From positions 3,558-67,557 of the forward strand of contig CAIMDG010000001.1 in NCBI GenBank assembly GCA_903839725.1: a stretch of DNA of 64,000 nt, given 5' to 3'. Both the position numbers and the translations under genes were made by a program. How positions within the stretch are numbered: position 1 is the first letter of the stretch; each line of letters opens with the position of its first letter. The notes below the pieces were generated by a model. The model had not been told where the DNA came from. It searched no databases and worked only from the letters and a program-made list of their open reading frames with translations. This DNA is from an uncultured bacterium (GTDB lineage Bacteria > Patescibacteriota > Minisyncoccia > Phycocordibacterales > PALSA-1337). Shown one piece after another: positions 9,875 to 18,368 of the stretch.

Positions 9875-10711
9875 ATGAATATTTCATCAAAGATAATCAA
9901 AATCTCAGTTCTCGGTATAGCTTTTGCCGCATGTGCGCCAATGGTTTTTGCTCAGTCATCTGATTTTGTCCCTTCATTGGGTCCAGCTAACAATTCTGAA
10001 GCAGGTGCAACATTGGTCCCCACAAATCCTGGCTCAAATGATGCTGAAGGAGGTGTGACTTTGGTCCCAACTACTGGTGGCCAGAATGGTACCGAAATCC
10101 CCGTTACTGCTCCAGTAGTAGATGTTCCAGTCGTTACAACTTCTAGTGGAGGCGGTAGTTATACTGGAGGAGGCTCGTTTGCTCCTAGTGCTCCTATTAT
10201 TCCTGCAGGTACTTCATGTCCTTTGATTACTTCATTCATGTCACTCGGTGCAACTAATAATGGTGCTGAAGTTGCAAAGCTTCAAGCATTCTTGAATAGT
10301 TCTGAAAATCTCAATGTTGATGTAAATGGTATTTTTGATCAAAAGACTTCAGATGCTATTAGTTCATTCCAGCTCAAATATCGTGCAGATATACTCGGTC
10401 CATGGGGAGCAGCAGTTCCTTCAGGTCGCGTCTATATCACTACACTAAAGAAGATTAATGAACTCGCATGTCAGTCACCACTCACATTGTCAGCTGATGA
10501 ACTTGCTATCATCAATACATTCAAGAATCGTTCTACAACAGGAACATCTACTTCAATCATTGGTGAAAACGGAGGCACAACAAATGCATCTAGTTCAGCT
10601 TCAACTTCTCAGGAATTCGGTTCTAATGGAACAGGAAATTCAAACACAGCAGCAGCTGCTAATACATCAGTATTCGGTCGCTTCTGGAACTTCGTGAAGA
10701 ATCTCTTCTAA
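9875..10711 (+). CDS. Secreted low-complexity (G/T/S-rich) protein with a peptidoglycan-binding (PG_binding_1-like) domain
   Basis: Signal peptide MNISSKIIKISVLGIAFAACAPMVFA. The PG-binding pattern LQAFLNSS...VNGIFDQKTSDAISSFQLKYRADILGPWGAAV is present. Confidence 0.6.
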   Translation: MNISSKIIKISVLGIAFAACAPMVFAQSSDFVPSLGPANNSEAGATLVPTNPGSNDAEGGVTLVPTTGGQNGTEIPVTAPVVDVPVVTTSSGGGSYTGGGSFAPSAPIIPAGTSCPLITSFMSLGATNNGAEVAKLQAFLNSSENLNVDVNGIFDQKTSDAISSFQLKYRADILGPWGAAVPSGRVYITTLKKINELACQSPLTLSADELAIINTFKNRSTTGTSTSIIGENGGTTNASSSASTSQEFGSNGTGNSNTAAAANTSVFGRFWNFVKNLF

Positions 10712-10722
10712 TATATAGCCTG

Positions 10723-10754
10723 AAAAATCCCGCATACAATATGCGGGATTTTTC
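10723..10754 (+). terminator. Rho-independent terminator
   Basis: Perfect hairpin aaaaatcccgcat acaat atgcgggattttt immediately after the stop at 10711. Confidence 0.7.
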
Positions 10755-10777
10755 TATGCATTCGTTAAATTAAGAAA

Positions 10778-10873
10778 CACCCTTCACGGCACAACTTTCT
10801 TCCGTCGCCTGCGGGCGCTAATCGCTGGCTACCCATCCTCGGCGCACTACAGAAAGTTGTGCCGTGAAGGGTG
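10778..10873. repeat. GC-loop hairpin element, copy A: 23-bp perfect stem around a 50-nt GC-rich loop
   Basis: Stem cacccttcacggcacaactttct / agaaagttgtgccgtgaagggtg. The loop tccgtcgcctgcgggcgctaatcgctggctacccatcctcggcgcactac is the reverse complement of the core of the loop at 20511-20584. Confidence 0.8.
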
Positions 10874-10883
10874 CAAACTCAAT

Positions 10884-12176
10884 TTATATACCTAACTTTT
10901 TGGTACCGTCAGCCTTCAAGGGTTTCGTATGTGTTTGAGTATCTAGTGCACCAGCAAGAGCAATCATAAGAGCATTGTCACCAGAAATATGTTGATTGGG
11001 CATGTATAGAGGAATACTGTATTCATCCGCTATCACCTGGAATCGTTTTCGAAGAAGATGGTTCGCGCTAACACCACCACCGATGATGATTGTCTGGGCA
11101 CCTGTCTGCTCTATGGCTGCACGAAGCTTCGTTTCGAGGGTTTCTGCGACTGCTTGCTCAAACTCGTAAGCCAGGCCTTTTTTGAAGGTTTCTGAAAGGG
11201 GTCCTGTTGCATTTGATGCTTCACGGACCGCATAGAGTACTGCTGTTTTGAGTCCTGAGAATGAAAAATCAAGGTCCTTACTATTGATCATTGGTCGAGG
11301 TAGTTTGACAGGTGAAGGGATCTTTTGTTCCCAGGCTTCATGGGAGTATTTTGATATATGAGGTCCGCCAGGATATGGTAGTCCAAGAAGTCGTGCAGCT
11401 TTATCGAACGCTTCTCCAACAGCATCGTCCTTTGTTTGGCCGATAATTGAATAGTGCATGCCTGATTCAACATTGACCAATTCAGTATGACCGCCGCTGA
11501 TGAGAAGAGCGATTGCAGGGAATGCGAGAGGTTTGAGTTTTTGCCATGTGCCGTAGGGAACATCAGTTTGAAGTAGTGAACCAACGACGTGTCCTTCCAT
11601 GTGATTGACGGGAATGAGAGGAACATTCCACAGGTCGGCAAGAATTCGTGCGAAGCTGATACCGACCCAAAGTGCAGGTTCAAGGCCTGGACCTTCGGTG
11701 ATTGCGATTGCATCTATGGGAAGTTTTTCTTTCAAAAAGTCAGCGTGTGATATTGATTCAATGAGGTCAGGATTGGAAACTTGCAGAGTTGGGCGGAATG
11801 AGTCGATGATTGTATTGAAATGTGTATCAGTATCGACGTCACCCGAGACAGAAATATCTTCTGAGCGGATTCGCGCACGCTCCGCTACAATCCGCTCAGA
11901 AGAATTTCCATCCCGGGTAACGTCTCGCTGAGAACCGATTTCCCTTAATGTATCTTTTGAATCAATGATAAGCTTGTGGAGTAAAGGTACAATATTTTTA
12001 CCATGTTCACGTTTTGCGAGAGTAGGAAAGACTCCACCATATGCACTATGAAGATCTGCCTGAGAATGTACTAACGATGAAATAACTCGGCACTCGAGTT
12101 GAGTACCAGTTCCACGTGTTTCTATAAATGCGAGTGCTGTATCGTCACAGCTTGTTTCGATGCCGAGAATTATCAT
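10884..12176 (-). CDS. tsaD: tRNA N6-adenosine threonylcarbamoyltransferase (Kae1/TsaD family) with a ~70-aa internal insertion
   Basis: MIILGIETSCDDTALAF start. Conserved HMEGH and GGGVSANHLLR motifs are present. The ORF track extends to 12242 (TTG), but those 22 codons overlap tRNA-Val, so the ATG at ~12176 is preferred. Confidence 0.85.
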   Translation of the reverse strand: MIILGIETSCDDTALAFIETRGTGTQLECRVISSLVHSQADLHSAYGGVFPTLAKREHGKNIVPLLHKLIIDSKDTLREIGSQRDVTRDGNSSERIVAERARIRSEDISVSGDVDTDTHFNTIIDSFRPTLQVSNPDLIESISHADFLKEKLPIDAIAITEGPGLEPALWVGISFARILADLWNVPLIPVNHMEGHVVGSLLQTDVPYGTWQKLKPLAFPAIALLISGGHTELVNVESGMHYSIIGQTKDDAVGEAFDKAARLLGLPYPGGPHISKYSHEAWEQKIPSPVKLPRPMINSKDLDFSFSGLKTAVLYAVREASNATGPLSETFKKGLAYEFEQAVAETLETKLRAAIEQTGAQTIIIGGGVSANHLLRKRFQVIADEYSIPLYMPNQHISGDNALMIALAGALDTQTHTKPLKADGTKKLGI

Positions 12177-12182
12177 GTAAGT

Positions 12183-12258
12183 GGTGCGCGATACAGGATT
12201 CGAACCTGTGACCCTTCCCACGTCAAGGGAATGCTCTACCAACTGAGCTAACCGCGCG
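12183..12258 (-). tRNA. tRNA-Val (anticodon GAC), CCA encoded
   Basis: GCGCGGTTAGCTCAGTTGGTAGAGCATTCCCTTGACGTGGGAAGGTCACAGGTTCGAATCCTGTATCGCGCACCA. Acceptor, D, anticodon (loop TTGACGT) and T arms all pair. Confidence 0.85.
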
Positions 12259-12448
12259 ATTTTCCTTTCCCAAGGAAAATCGGATCGAGTAATTCCTGTT
12301 GCGTAAGCAACGGGAATTACGAGACCAGAATTTCCTCTTCCAACTTTGACACTATATCTACGTAAATTACTCTATCAAAAAACTCTTAAAAAATCTATCA
12401 TCTCATGCTAAGATACGTTTACTAATAGTAAGTGTAAATATACTCAAA

Positions 12449-12868
12449 ATGAAAGCATTACATGGGTTCAAAGAGTTTGTATTGCGTGGCAATGTGATTG
12501 ATCTTGCGGTTGGTGTTGTTATCGGTGCCTCATTCAGCGGCCTTGTGACTGCTCTGGTAAAAGATATCATAATGCCTATCGTTGGAGCCTTCGGCAAAGT
12601 ACCCAATTTTTCAAGTCTGTCTTTCGCTATCAATGGTAGTAGATTCATGTATGGAGATTTCTTGAATGTCCTTATTTCATTTCTCTTGGTTGCGGTTGCT
12701 GTGTATTTCTTTGTGGTATTGCCAGTCAATGCGCTTGTTGCTCGTACAAGAAAAGACCCATCTCCGGTGGATTTGAACACAAAAAAATGTTCAGAGTGTC
12801 TAAGTGACATTCCTCTTCATGCAACTCGCTGCGCACACTGCACAACGAAAATATCAAAAACTGCCTAG
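12449..12868 (+). CDS. mscL: Large-conductance mechanosensitive channel with a C-terminal Cys4 zinc-ribbon-like tail
   Basis: Conserved MscL N-terminal motif MKALHGFKEFVLRGNVIDLAVGVVIGASF. The C-terminus is CSECLSDIPLHATRCAHCTT. Confidence 0.85.
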   Translation: MKALHGFKEFVLRGNVIDLAVGVVIGASFSGLVTALVKDIIMPIVGAFGKVPNFSSLSFAINGSRFMYGDFLNVLISFLLVAVAVYFFVVLPVNALVARTRKDPSPVDLNTKKCSECLSDIPLHATRCAHCTTKISKTA

Positions 12869-13869
12869 TACTCAGTAGCACCTGTGACAGTAACTCCTGT
12901 ACGAGTCAGTAATGTCTCGTATAAAGTTGTATGCATAATTTTAATATGAGTAGCATCCTTCACAATTTGAAGTTTGATTACATTTCCTTTCATAACGTCA
13001 GCTGAAAAATATTGGTCAAAGAGAAGATTACCAAGAGAATAATATACTGGCACATCTTCAATCATCTCATATTCTTGAATAACGTGCGGATGAGAACCGA
13101 TAATTGCACCAGCACCTGCAGTTATCAATTCACGGGCTTGTTTTTGTTGTAGGACTGATGAAGTAGTTGCATATTCGGTACCCCAGTGAGGCATAACAAT
13201 AACAAAATATCCCTGGTGTGACAGTCGTTCTACGTCACTCAGAATACGACTAAACCCCGGTTGAAATTGGTGGTAGCCAACAAAAGCAACAGGTATTCCA
13301 TGTTTAGTCACGGTTGCTTCTGTACTTGAGGCATTCCATGGATTACCAAAATATCCAACACCTGCACGAGTGAGTACATCTTGGGTCTCATTGAATCCTT
13401 CTATGCCAAAATTGTCAGTATGATTGTTGGCGAGACTAACAAATGAGATACCAATTCTCGCGAGCAATTCTCCAGTACTTGTTGCAAATGTGAAAGCAAA
13501 ACTTTTTGATGTTGATCCGTTGGCTAAAAGTGTTTTTGAAGAGCTTGAAGTGATGGGACCTTCGAGATTGGCAACGATAATATCAGATTGCTTGAATAGG
13601 GGAATCAGATCAGTGAATAATGAATCATAGCCGTGTTTGTCACCTTGTCTACGTATTGAACGGTCGAGCATGATATCTCCACCGATCAGTATTGTGAGTT
13701 CTGATGATGTTGCTTGAATGTGTGAGGGTATCTTATTGGTATGCTCAGTTTGAATCGCTGTATAGTGTATTCGAGAAGGTGAGTTAGTCACTACTACAAG
13801 GAGTGCAAGAAAAAGAGTGATGCCGATGAGTATCCAGAAAATAGTGAGTGTGTGTTTCTTGAGCGACAT
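12865..13869 (-). CDS. CapA/PGA_cap family metallophosphoesterase (poly-gamma-glutamate capsule CapA-like)
   Basis: Signal/TM N-terminus. ILIGGDIMLDRSIRRQ, GNHTDNFG, MPHWG and GAGAIIGSHPHV are metallophosphatase motifs. Confidence 0.7.
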   Translation of the reverse strand: MSLKKHTLTIFWILIGITLFLALLVVVTNSPSRIHYTAIQTEHTNKIPSHIQATSSELTILIGGDIMLDRSIRRQGDKHGYDSLFTDLIPLFKQSDIIVANLEGPITSSSSKTLLANGSTSKSFAFTFATSTGELLARIGISFVSLANNHTDNFGIEGFNETQDVLTRAGVGYFGNPWNASSTEATVTKHGIPVAFVGYHQFQPGFSRILSDVERLSHQGYFVIVMPHWGTEYATTSSVLQQKQARELITAGAGAIIGSHPHVIQEYEMIEDVPVYYSLGNLLFDQYFSADVMKGNVIKLQIVKDATHIKIMHTTLYETLLTRTGVTVTGATEY

Positions 13870-14023
13870 AGGTTAATTGTCGCTTATTGGGAGATGGAAG
13901 ACAAATTATCTAATACTCGGTGGTTTTTATGTGCCTGTTTCTGTGATCAATTGAAATAGTATTGTAAGAAAGTGGTATTGACATATTCAAATATAAAATG
14001 TAGTATTTTTTTAGATTCGGACG

Positions 14024-15010
14024 TTGAAAACACGCAAATGCCTTCCGAATGTCAGGTATATTGAAGTCCTACAACTCATTGCTTATATGAATACTACTAT
14101 TGCAGATACGGATTCAGCTGTGCAACGTGCAGCTAAAACCGCCGTTCCTGTTGCGCCTGATGCTTTGGCTCAGGTATTTCGGACCGCTGAAAGCGCCCGA
14201 ACCGAGCTCAGCAACCTTTTGCCGCTTGAACAAGGGCAGAAGGAAAAGCTCAACACGGTCGCCCATACCAATACCCACAAAGTGGCGGTGCTCGCAGCGA
14301 TGCAGGCGACTGGCGAAAAATACCTTGAGTTCCCGATGGAACCGATGACGTGGCGTGATGATAAGAAGCTGCCCGAACTCGTGCCGTTCAGTCTGACGCA
14401 AAATTCGGTCATATTTCATAGCTCTGGATTTTCTGAACAGAGTGTTCCGACCTCGGTTCGCGGCCTTTACAAGGACGTGAATCAAACTTTGGCCGGCGCA
14501 CTTGCCACGAAGAATGCAGCTACCAATGCTGCACAAAACAAAATGTGGCTTAAGTGGTGGTTGATGTGTCTGCCGGTCATTGCCCTAATCATGTGCTTGA
14601 TACCTGGGTCCTTCCTCGGTATTGCTGGCAAGATTATTTGGGGCATAATCGCAACAGTTGCTGCATGCGGTGTCACAAACTGGATCACGCAGGTTGTTTG
14701 CGAGAAAAGATACGGGAAGCTCGTCGAGGCCTATCAAGTCAGGGCTAGTTTCGATGGTCTCATTCCCGAAACGATTCGGCAGAAGATTCGTCGCGCAGCA
14801 TCCCTCGGCATCTTCACGGAAATATTCGTTCTTGCGGAAGTTCCGGGCCTTAAAATTGAAGAAGGTCAAGCGCCTCGTCTGGCTCGTGTCGGCGACCCGC
14901 TCGTGATCGGATATGATGGTTCGGGATTCTGGCTTATTGCGGCGTTTGATACATCGCCAGCGGAAGCTATTGCAATGTCAATGACTTTATCTCCTGGCGG
15001 TCAGCGGTAA
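14024..15010 (+). CDS. Hypothetical membrane protein (GC-rich gene; true start probably ~14090)
   Basis: Soluble N-terminal half, then two or three TM helices (MWLKWWLMCLPVIALIMCLIPGSFLGIAGKIIWGIIATVAACGV), then a C-terminal domain. GC is clearly above backbone. Confidence 0.5.
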   Translation: MKTRKCLPNVRYIEVLQLIAYMNTTIADTDSAVQRAAKTAVPVAPDALAQVFRTAESARTELSNLLPLEQGQKEKLNTVAHTNTHKVAVLAAMQATGEKYLEFPMEPMTWRDDKKLPELVPFSLTQNSVIFHSSGFSEQSVPTSVRGLYKDVNQTLAGALATKNAATNAAQNKMWLKWWLMCLPVIALIMCLIPGSFLGIAGKIIWGIIATVAACGVTNWITQVVCEKRYGKLVEAYQVRASFDGLIPETIRQKIRRAASLGIFTEIFVLAEVPGLKIEEGQAPRLARVGDPLVIGYDGSGFWLIAAFDTSPAEAIAMSMTLSPGGQR

Positions 15011-15027
15011 AGTGTCTCAGTGTTCTA

Positions 15028-15058
15028 AGCGGCGAAGTAAACCTTCGCCGCTTTTTTG
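15028..15058 (+). terminator. Rho-independent terminator
   Basis: gcggcgaag taaac cttcgccgc followed by tttttt. Confidence 0.7.
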
Positions 15059-15071
15059 ATAGAGGAATAAT

Positions 15072-15096
15072 AAGATGTGGTAGCCCTACGGGGAAT
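15072..15096 (-). repeat. Duplicated 3'-end fragment of tRNA-Glu (~21-25 nt), putative att/integration scar
   Basis: aagatgtggtagccctacggggaatc at 15072-15096 repeats the tRNA-Glu 3' end and flank (aagatatggtagccctacggggaatc at 15230-15256). Confidence 0.55.
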
Positions 15097-15233
15097 CTCG
15101 CCTTACAGGCGCAGTACAGTCTTCGCGTGGTACTCGCTTCGCTCCGTTCCACATGCTCAGACTTTTCGATTCCCCGCCGCAAGTCGCGCAGGCGACTTGC
15201 TTAGGGACAAGGTTTAGTTTGTTTAACAAGATA

Positions 15234-15308
15234 TGGTAGCCCTACGGGGAATCGAACCCCGATTACCGCCTTGAAAAGGCGATGTCCTAACCGTTAGACG
15301 ATAGGGCC
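15234..15308 (-). tRNA. tRNA-Glu (anticodon TTC), CCA encoded
   Basis: GGCCCTATCGTCTAACGGTTAGGACATCGCCTTTTCAAGGCGGTAATCGGGGTTCGATTCCCCGTAGGGCTACCA. The cloverleaf pairs, with a G-U at 1-72. Confidence 0.85.
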
Positions 15309-15422
15309 CTGCTACGCTGAGGTTTTGTAGGGTAAACTCTATAAAACTCATGCAGTAAAGATATACTAGCATTTTTTGTAAAAATGGCAAAAAATGGTAA
15401 GGTTTATGGATTCAACTAATAG

Positions 15423-15509
15423 GGAAAGGTGGCTGAGTGGTTGAAGGCACCGCTCTCGAAAAGCGGCAGGGGCGCAAGCTCCTCGGGAGTTCAAATCTCC
15501 CCCTTTCCG
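15423..15509 (+). tRNA. tRNA-Ser (anticodon CGA), long variable arm, CCA not encoded
   Basis: GGAAAGGTGGCTGAGTGGTTGAAGGCACCGCTCTCGAAAAGCGGCAGGGGCGCAAGCTCCTCGGGAGTTCAAATCTCCCCCTTTCCG. Confidence 0.8.
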
Positions 15510-15703
15510 CAAAACAATGAGTGAGCATCGCAAACGAATATGTTTTGCGAGAAACTAACAAAGCACCTGCGTGCTTGGGGTATTCACCATATAGTAACTA
15601 TAACTGTCCGTGTCATATATATACTGCTCAGACGGCATACATGTACCTGGGAAGGTTATTGTGACAGGTCGAATATCTACACTATTACTAATTATATAAT
15701 TCT

Positions 15704-16093
15704 ATGAATACATTAAATAAATATTCCAAAGTTTCAGCGATCATTGTCGGGGCAGGTGTTATGCTTGCACTTACTCTAACTTTTATTATTTCTACTCCTC
15801 AAGCTCAAGCCGCTCAATATCCAAATATTATTTTAGGCCAAGATATGGCAGTTGGATCTACCGGTCAGGGAGTCGTTGTTCTCCAAAGTCTTCTCTCGGA
15901 GACAGGTTATCTCATTATTCCAGCTGGAGTTCCATTCGGATACTATGGCTCTCTTACCATGGAAGCAGTAGCTCGATATCAAAATTCTCTCAATATCGTT
16001 CCTTCAAACGGATATTTTGGGGCAATAACCAAGTCAGCAATGTATAGTCACTTTGCAGTACATGGTTGGTTGGATCTGTTGGGTTGGAGATAG
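15704..16093 (+). CDS. Small secreted protein with a peptidoglycan-binding (PG_binding_1-like) domain
   Basis: Signal peptide. GQGVVVLQSLLSETGYLI...GYYGSLTMEAVARYQNSLNIVPSNGYFGAITKSAM matches the PG-binding pattern. Confidence 0.6.
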   Translation: MNTLNKYSKVSAIIVGAGVMLALTLTFIISTPQAQAAQYPNIILGQDMAVGSTGQGVVVLQSLLSETGYLIIPAGVPFGYYGSLTMEAVARYQNSLNIVPSNGYFGAITKSAMYSHFAVHGWLDLLGWR

Positions 16094-16229
16094 TTCGTGG
16101 GTATAGTTTGTGGCATTATAGTCAAAAATACTTTGCAGTAGATACTGTAAAGTATTTTTATATATATTATGTTTTGCTATACTACCTCCACGAAATACAC
16201 GCATTCATGCCTGCCACGTATGAATAAGA

Positions 16230-16772
16230 ATGAAAACAAAATATATAGTTTCGATATGTGCGAGTATATTACTCCTTGTAAGTGTCTGGTACATCGTCCG
16301 TGCTTCTTCAGAAATCTCTATTGATCAGAATGTATATTATCCTGTCACCTACGTGGTCGACGGCGATACATTCAAGGTCTTAATAGGTGGAAAAGGTATA
16401 ACTGTTCGTATGTTGGGTATCAATACACCTGAAACAGTTGATCCAAGAAAGGCTCCTGAATGCTTTGGTCATGAAGCTTCAGATGAAACAAAAAGGTTGC
16501 TAGGAGGTAGGAAGGTGCAATTACATTTCAATCCACATAGGGAACTCAAAGATAAGTATGGTCGCTATCTTGCATACGCTTACCGTGATGATGGTTTATT
16601 CGTGAATGAGGAATTACTTAAGCAAGGTTTTGCTCGAGAATATACATTTGGTACTGCGTATTCATTTCAGCGGGAATTTCGAAATATCGAAGTTGTAGCG
16701 CAGAAAGAAAATAGGGGATTATGGGGTATGTGTGGAGATACAGCTAAAAGATTGGAGAAATCACATGATTGA
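16230..16772 (+). CDS. Secreted thermonuclease (staphylococcal nuclease/SNase homolog)
   Basis: N-terminal TM/signal. SNase motifs VVDGDTFKV, VRMLGINTPE, ECFGHEASDETKRLL and DKYGRYLAYAY are present. Confidence 0.8.
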   Translation: MKTKYIVSICASILLLVSVWYIVRASSEISIDQNVYYPVTYVVDGDTFKVLIGGKGITVRMLGINTPETVDPRKAPECFGHEASDETKRLLGGRKVQLHFNPHRELKDKYGRYLAYAYRDDGLFVNEELLKQGFAREYTFGTAYSFQREFRNIEVVAQKENRGLWGMCGDTAKRLEKSHD

Positions 16773-17151
16773 TAAGAATTTTGATGTATGGAATGATCTT
16801 AAAAAGACTTTACATACATCAGTTAAAAATCATAAATCATTTCACGAAGGTGATATTTGGTGGTGCTCGGTCGGATTAAATGTCGGTTCTGAGCAGGACG
16901 GTAAGAATAATTTGTTTGAACGGCCTGTTATTGTGATTAAAAAAATAAATAATGATCTTGCTATCATTCTTCCTCTCACTTCAATTGTGAAGCGTCCTTC
17001 TTATTATGTTCATTTGGAACATGGCTACGTGATGTTATCACAAGTTCGCTTGATTAGTGCCAAAAGATTCCAACGTTTTATCACGTCAGTATCAAGCAAT
17101 GATTTACTTGATATTAAGAAGAAATTTATTAATATAGTCTTCGATATATAA
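16762..17151 (+). CDS. PemK/MazF-family endoribonuclease toxin-like protein
   Basis: GDIWWCSVGLNVGSEQDGK..RPVIVIKK...LAIILPLTS...VHLE..QVRLISAKRF matches the MazF/PemK fold. The ORF-track start 16732 (GTG) or the ATG at ~16762 both overlap the nuclease gene's 3' end. Confidence 0.7.
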   Translation, partial: HMIDKNFDVWNDLKKTLHTSVKNHKSFHEGDIWWCSVGLNVGSEQDGKNNLFERPVIVIKKINNDLAIILPLTSIVKRPSYYVHLEHGYVMLSQVRLISAKRFQRFITSVSSNDLLDIKKKFINIVFDI

Positions 17152-17301
17152 ATTTCAAAGCCCCATCTTCATGGGGCTTCGCGGCTTCCCTTTATCCAGT
17201 GGAATAATCCAAAGAAGGGTACCTCGGAGGTTACATGCAGTCTTTTCATCCCGTAACCCTTTGTGTTAAAAGTTTAACAAAAATGAGTTGTTTGTCAATT
17301 C

Positions 17302-18228
17302 TTAGTGAGAATGAAGATATGAATAAATATCCTCTAATGCCTTTACTGCATCTCCTACAGCAATATTGTTTTGATGATAGAGACCGTCCGTAACGTCGCC
17401 CGCTGCCCAAATTCCAGTAACAGATGTACGTTGATTGCGAGCGTCGACGACGACGTGGTTGTGTTTGTCTAATGTAACTGTATCTTTTGCAAAATCAGTA
17501 TTGGGAATCGAACCAATTTCGACGAATATACCAGTGACAGGGATTTCAATATCTTTGCTAGATTTTGTATCAGTATATATAAGTGAGTTAACAAATTTGT
17601 CCCCCTTAACCTCCTTGGGTACTGCAAAACTAATTGCTTTCATCTTTGGGTTTGAGAGTACTTTCTCAACAGTACCTGGATCAGCCTTGAATTCGCTACG
17701 TGCCAATAAAGTTACACTCTTACAATATGCGAGTAATTGAGCTGCACTCTCGAAGCCAGCATTTCCTGCACCAACAACAACGACATCTTGGTCTGCATAG
17801 AGTGGTCCATCGCAAGTTGCGCAGTAGGTGAGTCCTTTGTGTTCAAATGTATCAGCACCTTTCACTTCAAGTTTGCGGCGACTACTTCCTGAGACAATAA
17901 GAACAGTTTTCGCAGCATAGACTCCTTTGTTTGTGGTTACATCAAATGCGCTAGAATTTTTGGTGATGTTTTTTGCATATTCTCCATCTTTGAAATCCAT
18001 AATATCTTTACCATATGCTTTGGCATGCTTTTCAAGACTCTGTGACAATTCAAGGCCAGAGATTGCGACTGTACCAACCCAGTTTTCAATCTTCTCTGAG
18101 ACATTACTTTGGCCGAGCCAATCCTTTGTAATGAGGATAGTCTTGAGGCGCTTGCGAGCGGCATATACTGCTGCAGCTGCTCCTGCTGGTCCACCACCGA
18201 TAATTGCGAGGTCATATGTAGTATTCAT
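17302..18228 (-). CDS. trxB: Thioredoxin-disulfide reductase
   Basis: YDLAIIGGGPAGAAAAVYAARK (FAD). Redox-active CATCDG. NADPH-binding VVVVGAGNAGFESA. Confidence 0.9.
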   Translation of the reverse strand: MNTTYDLAIIGGGPAGAAAAVYAARKRLKTILITKDWLGQSNVSEKIENWVGTVAISGLELSQSLEKHAKAYGKDIMDFKDGEYAKNITKNSSAFDVTTNKGVYAAKTVLIVSGSSRRKLEVKGADTFEHKGLTYCATCDGPLYADQDVVVVGAGNAGFESAAQLLAYCKSVTLLARSEFKADPGTVEKVLSNPKMKAISFAVPKEVKGDKFVNSLIYTDTKSSKDIEIPVTGIFVEIGSIPNTDFAKDTVTLDKHNHVVVDARNQRTSVTGIWAAGDVTDGLYHQNNIAVGDAVKALEDIYSYLHSH

Positions 18229-18274
18229 GGGAATATTGTAACAAAAGGGTATTCATTAAGCCATTTTGAAGAGA

Positions 18275-18329
18275 TTGACACTAATCAATAAAATGTGCTA
18301 TAATAGTACCTACGATACACGTGTATCGT
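18275..18329 (+). promoter_or_regulatory. Near-consensus sigma70 promoter (TTGACA-N18-TATAAT) followed by an 18-bp perfect palindrome (putative operator)
   Basis: TTGACA at ~18275-18280 and TATAAT at ~18299-18304. ACGATACACGTGTATCGT at ~18312-18329 is a perfect palindrome. A strong AAGGAGG RBS precedes the ATG at 18369. Confidence 0.55.
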
Positions 18330-18368
18330 GTTCTTTTAAACAAATAAACCATCAACCAAGGAGGTCGT

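Noticed and set aside
12289-12320. 14-bp hairpin gtaattcctgttgc gtaa gcaacgggaattac upstream of tRNA-Val, as a terminator.
   Set aside because: No gene reads into it on either strand (tsaD/tRNA-Val run away from it and mscL starts downstream), and there is no T-run on the relevant side. Possibly a processing or promoter-proximal structure, but unsupported.
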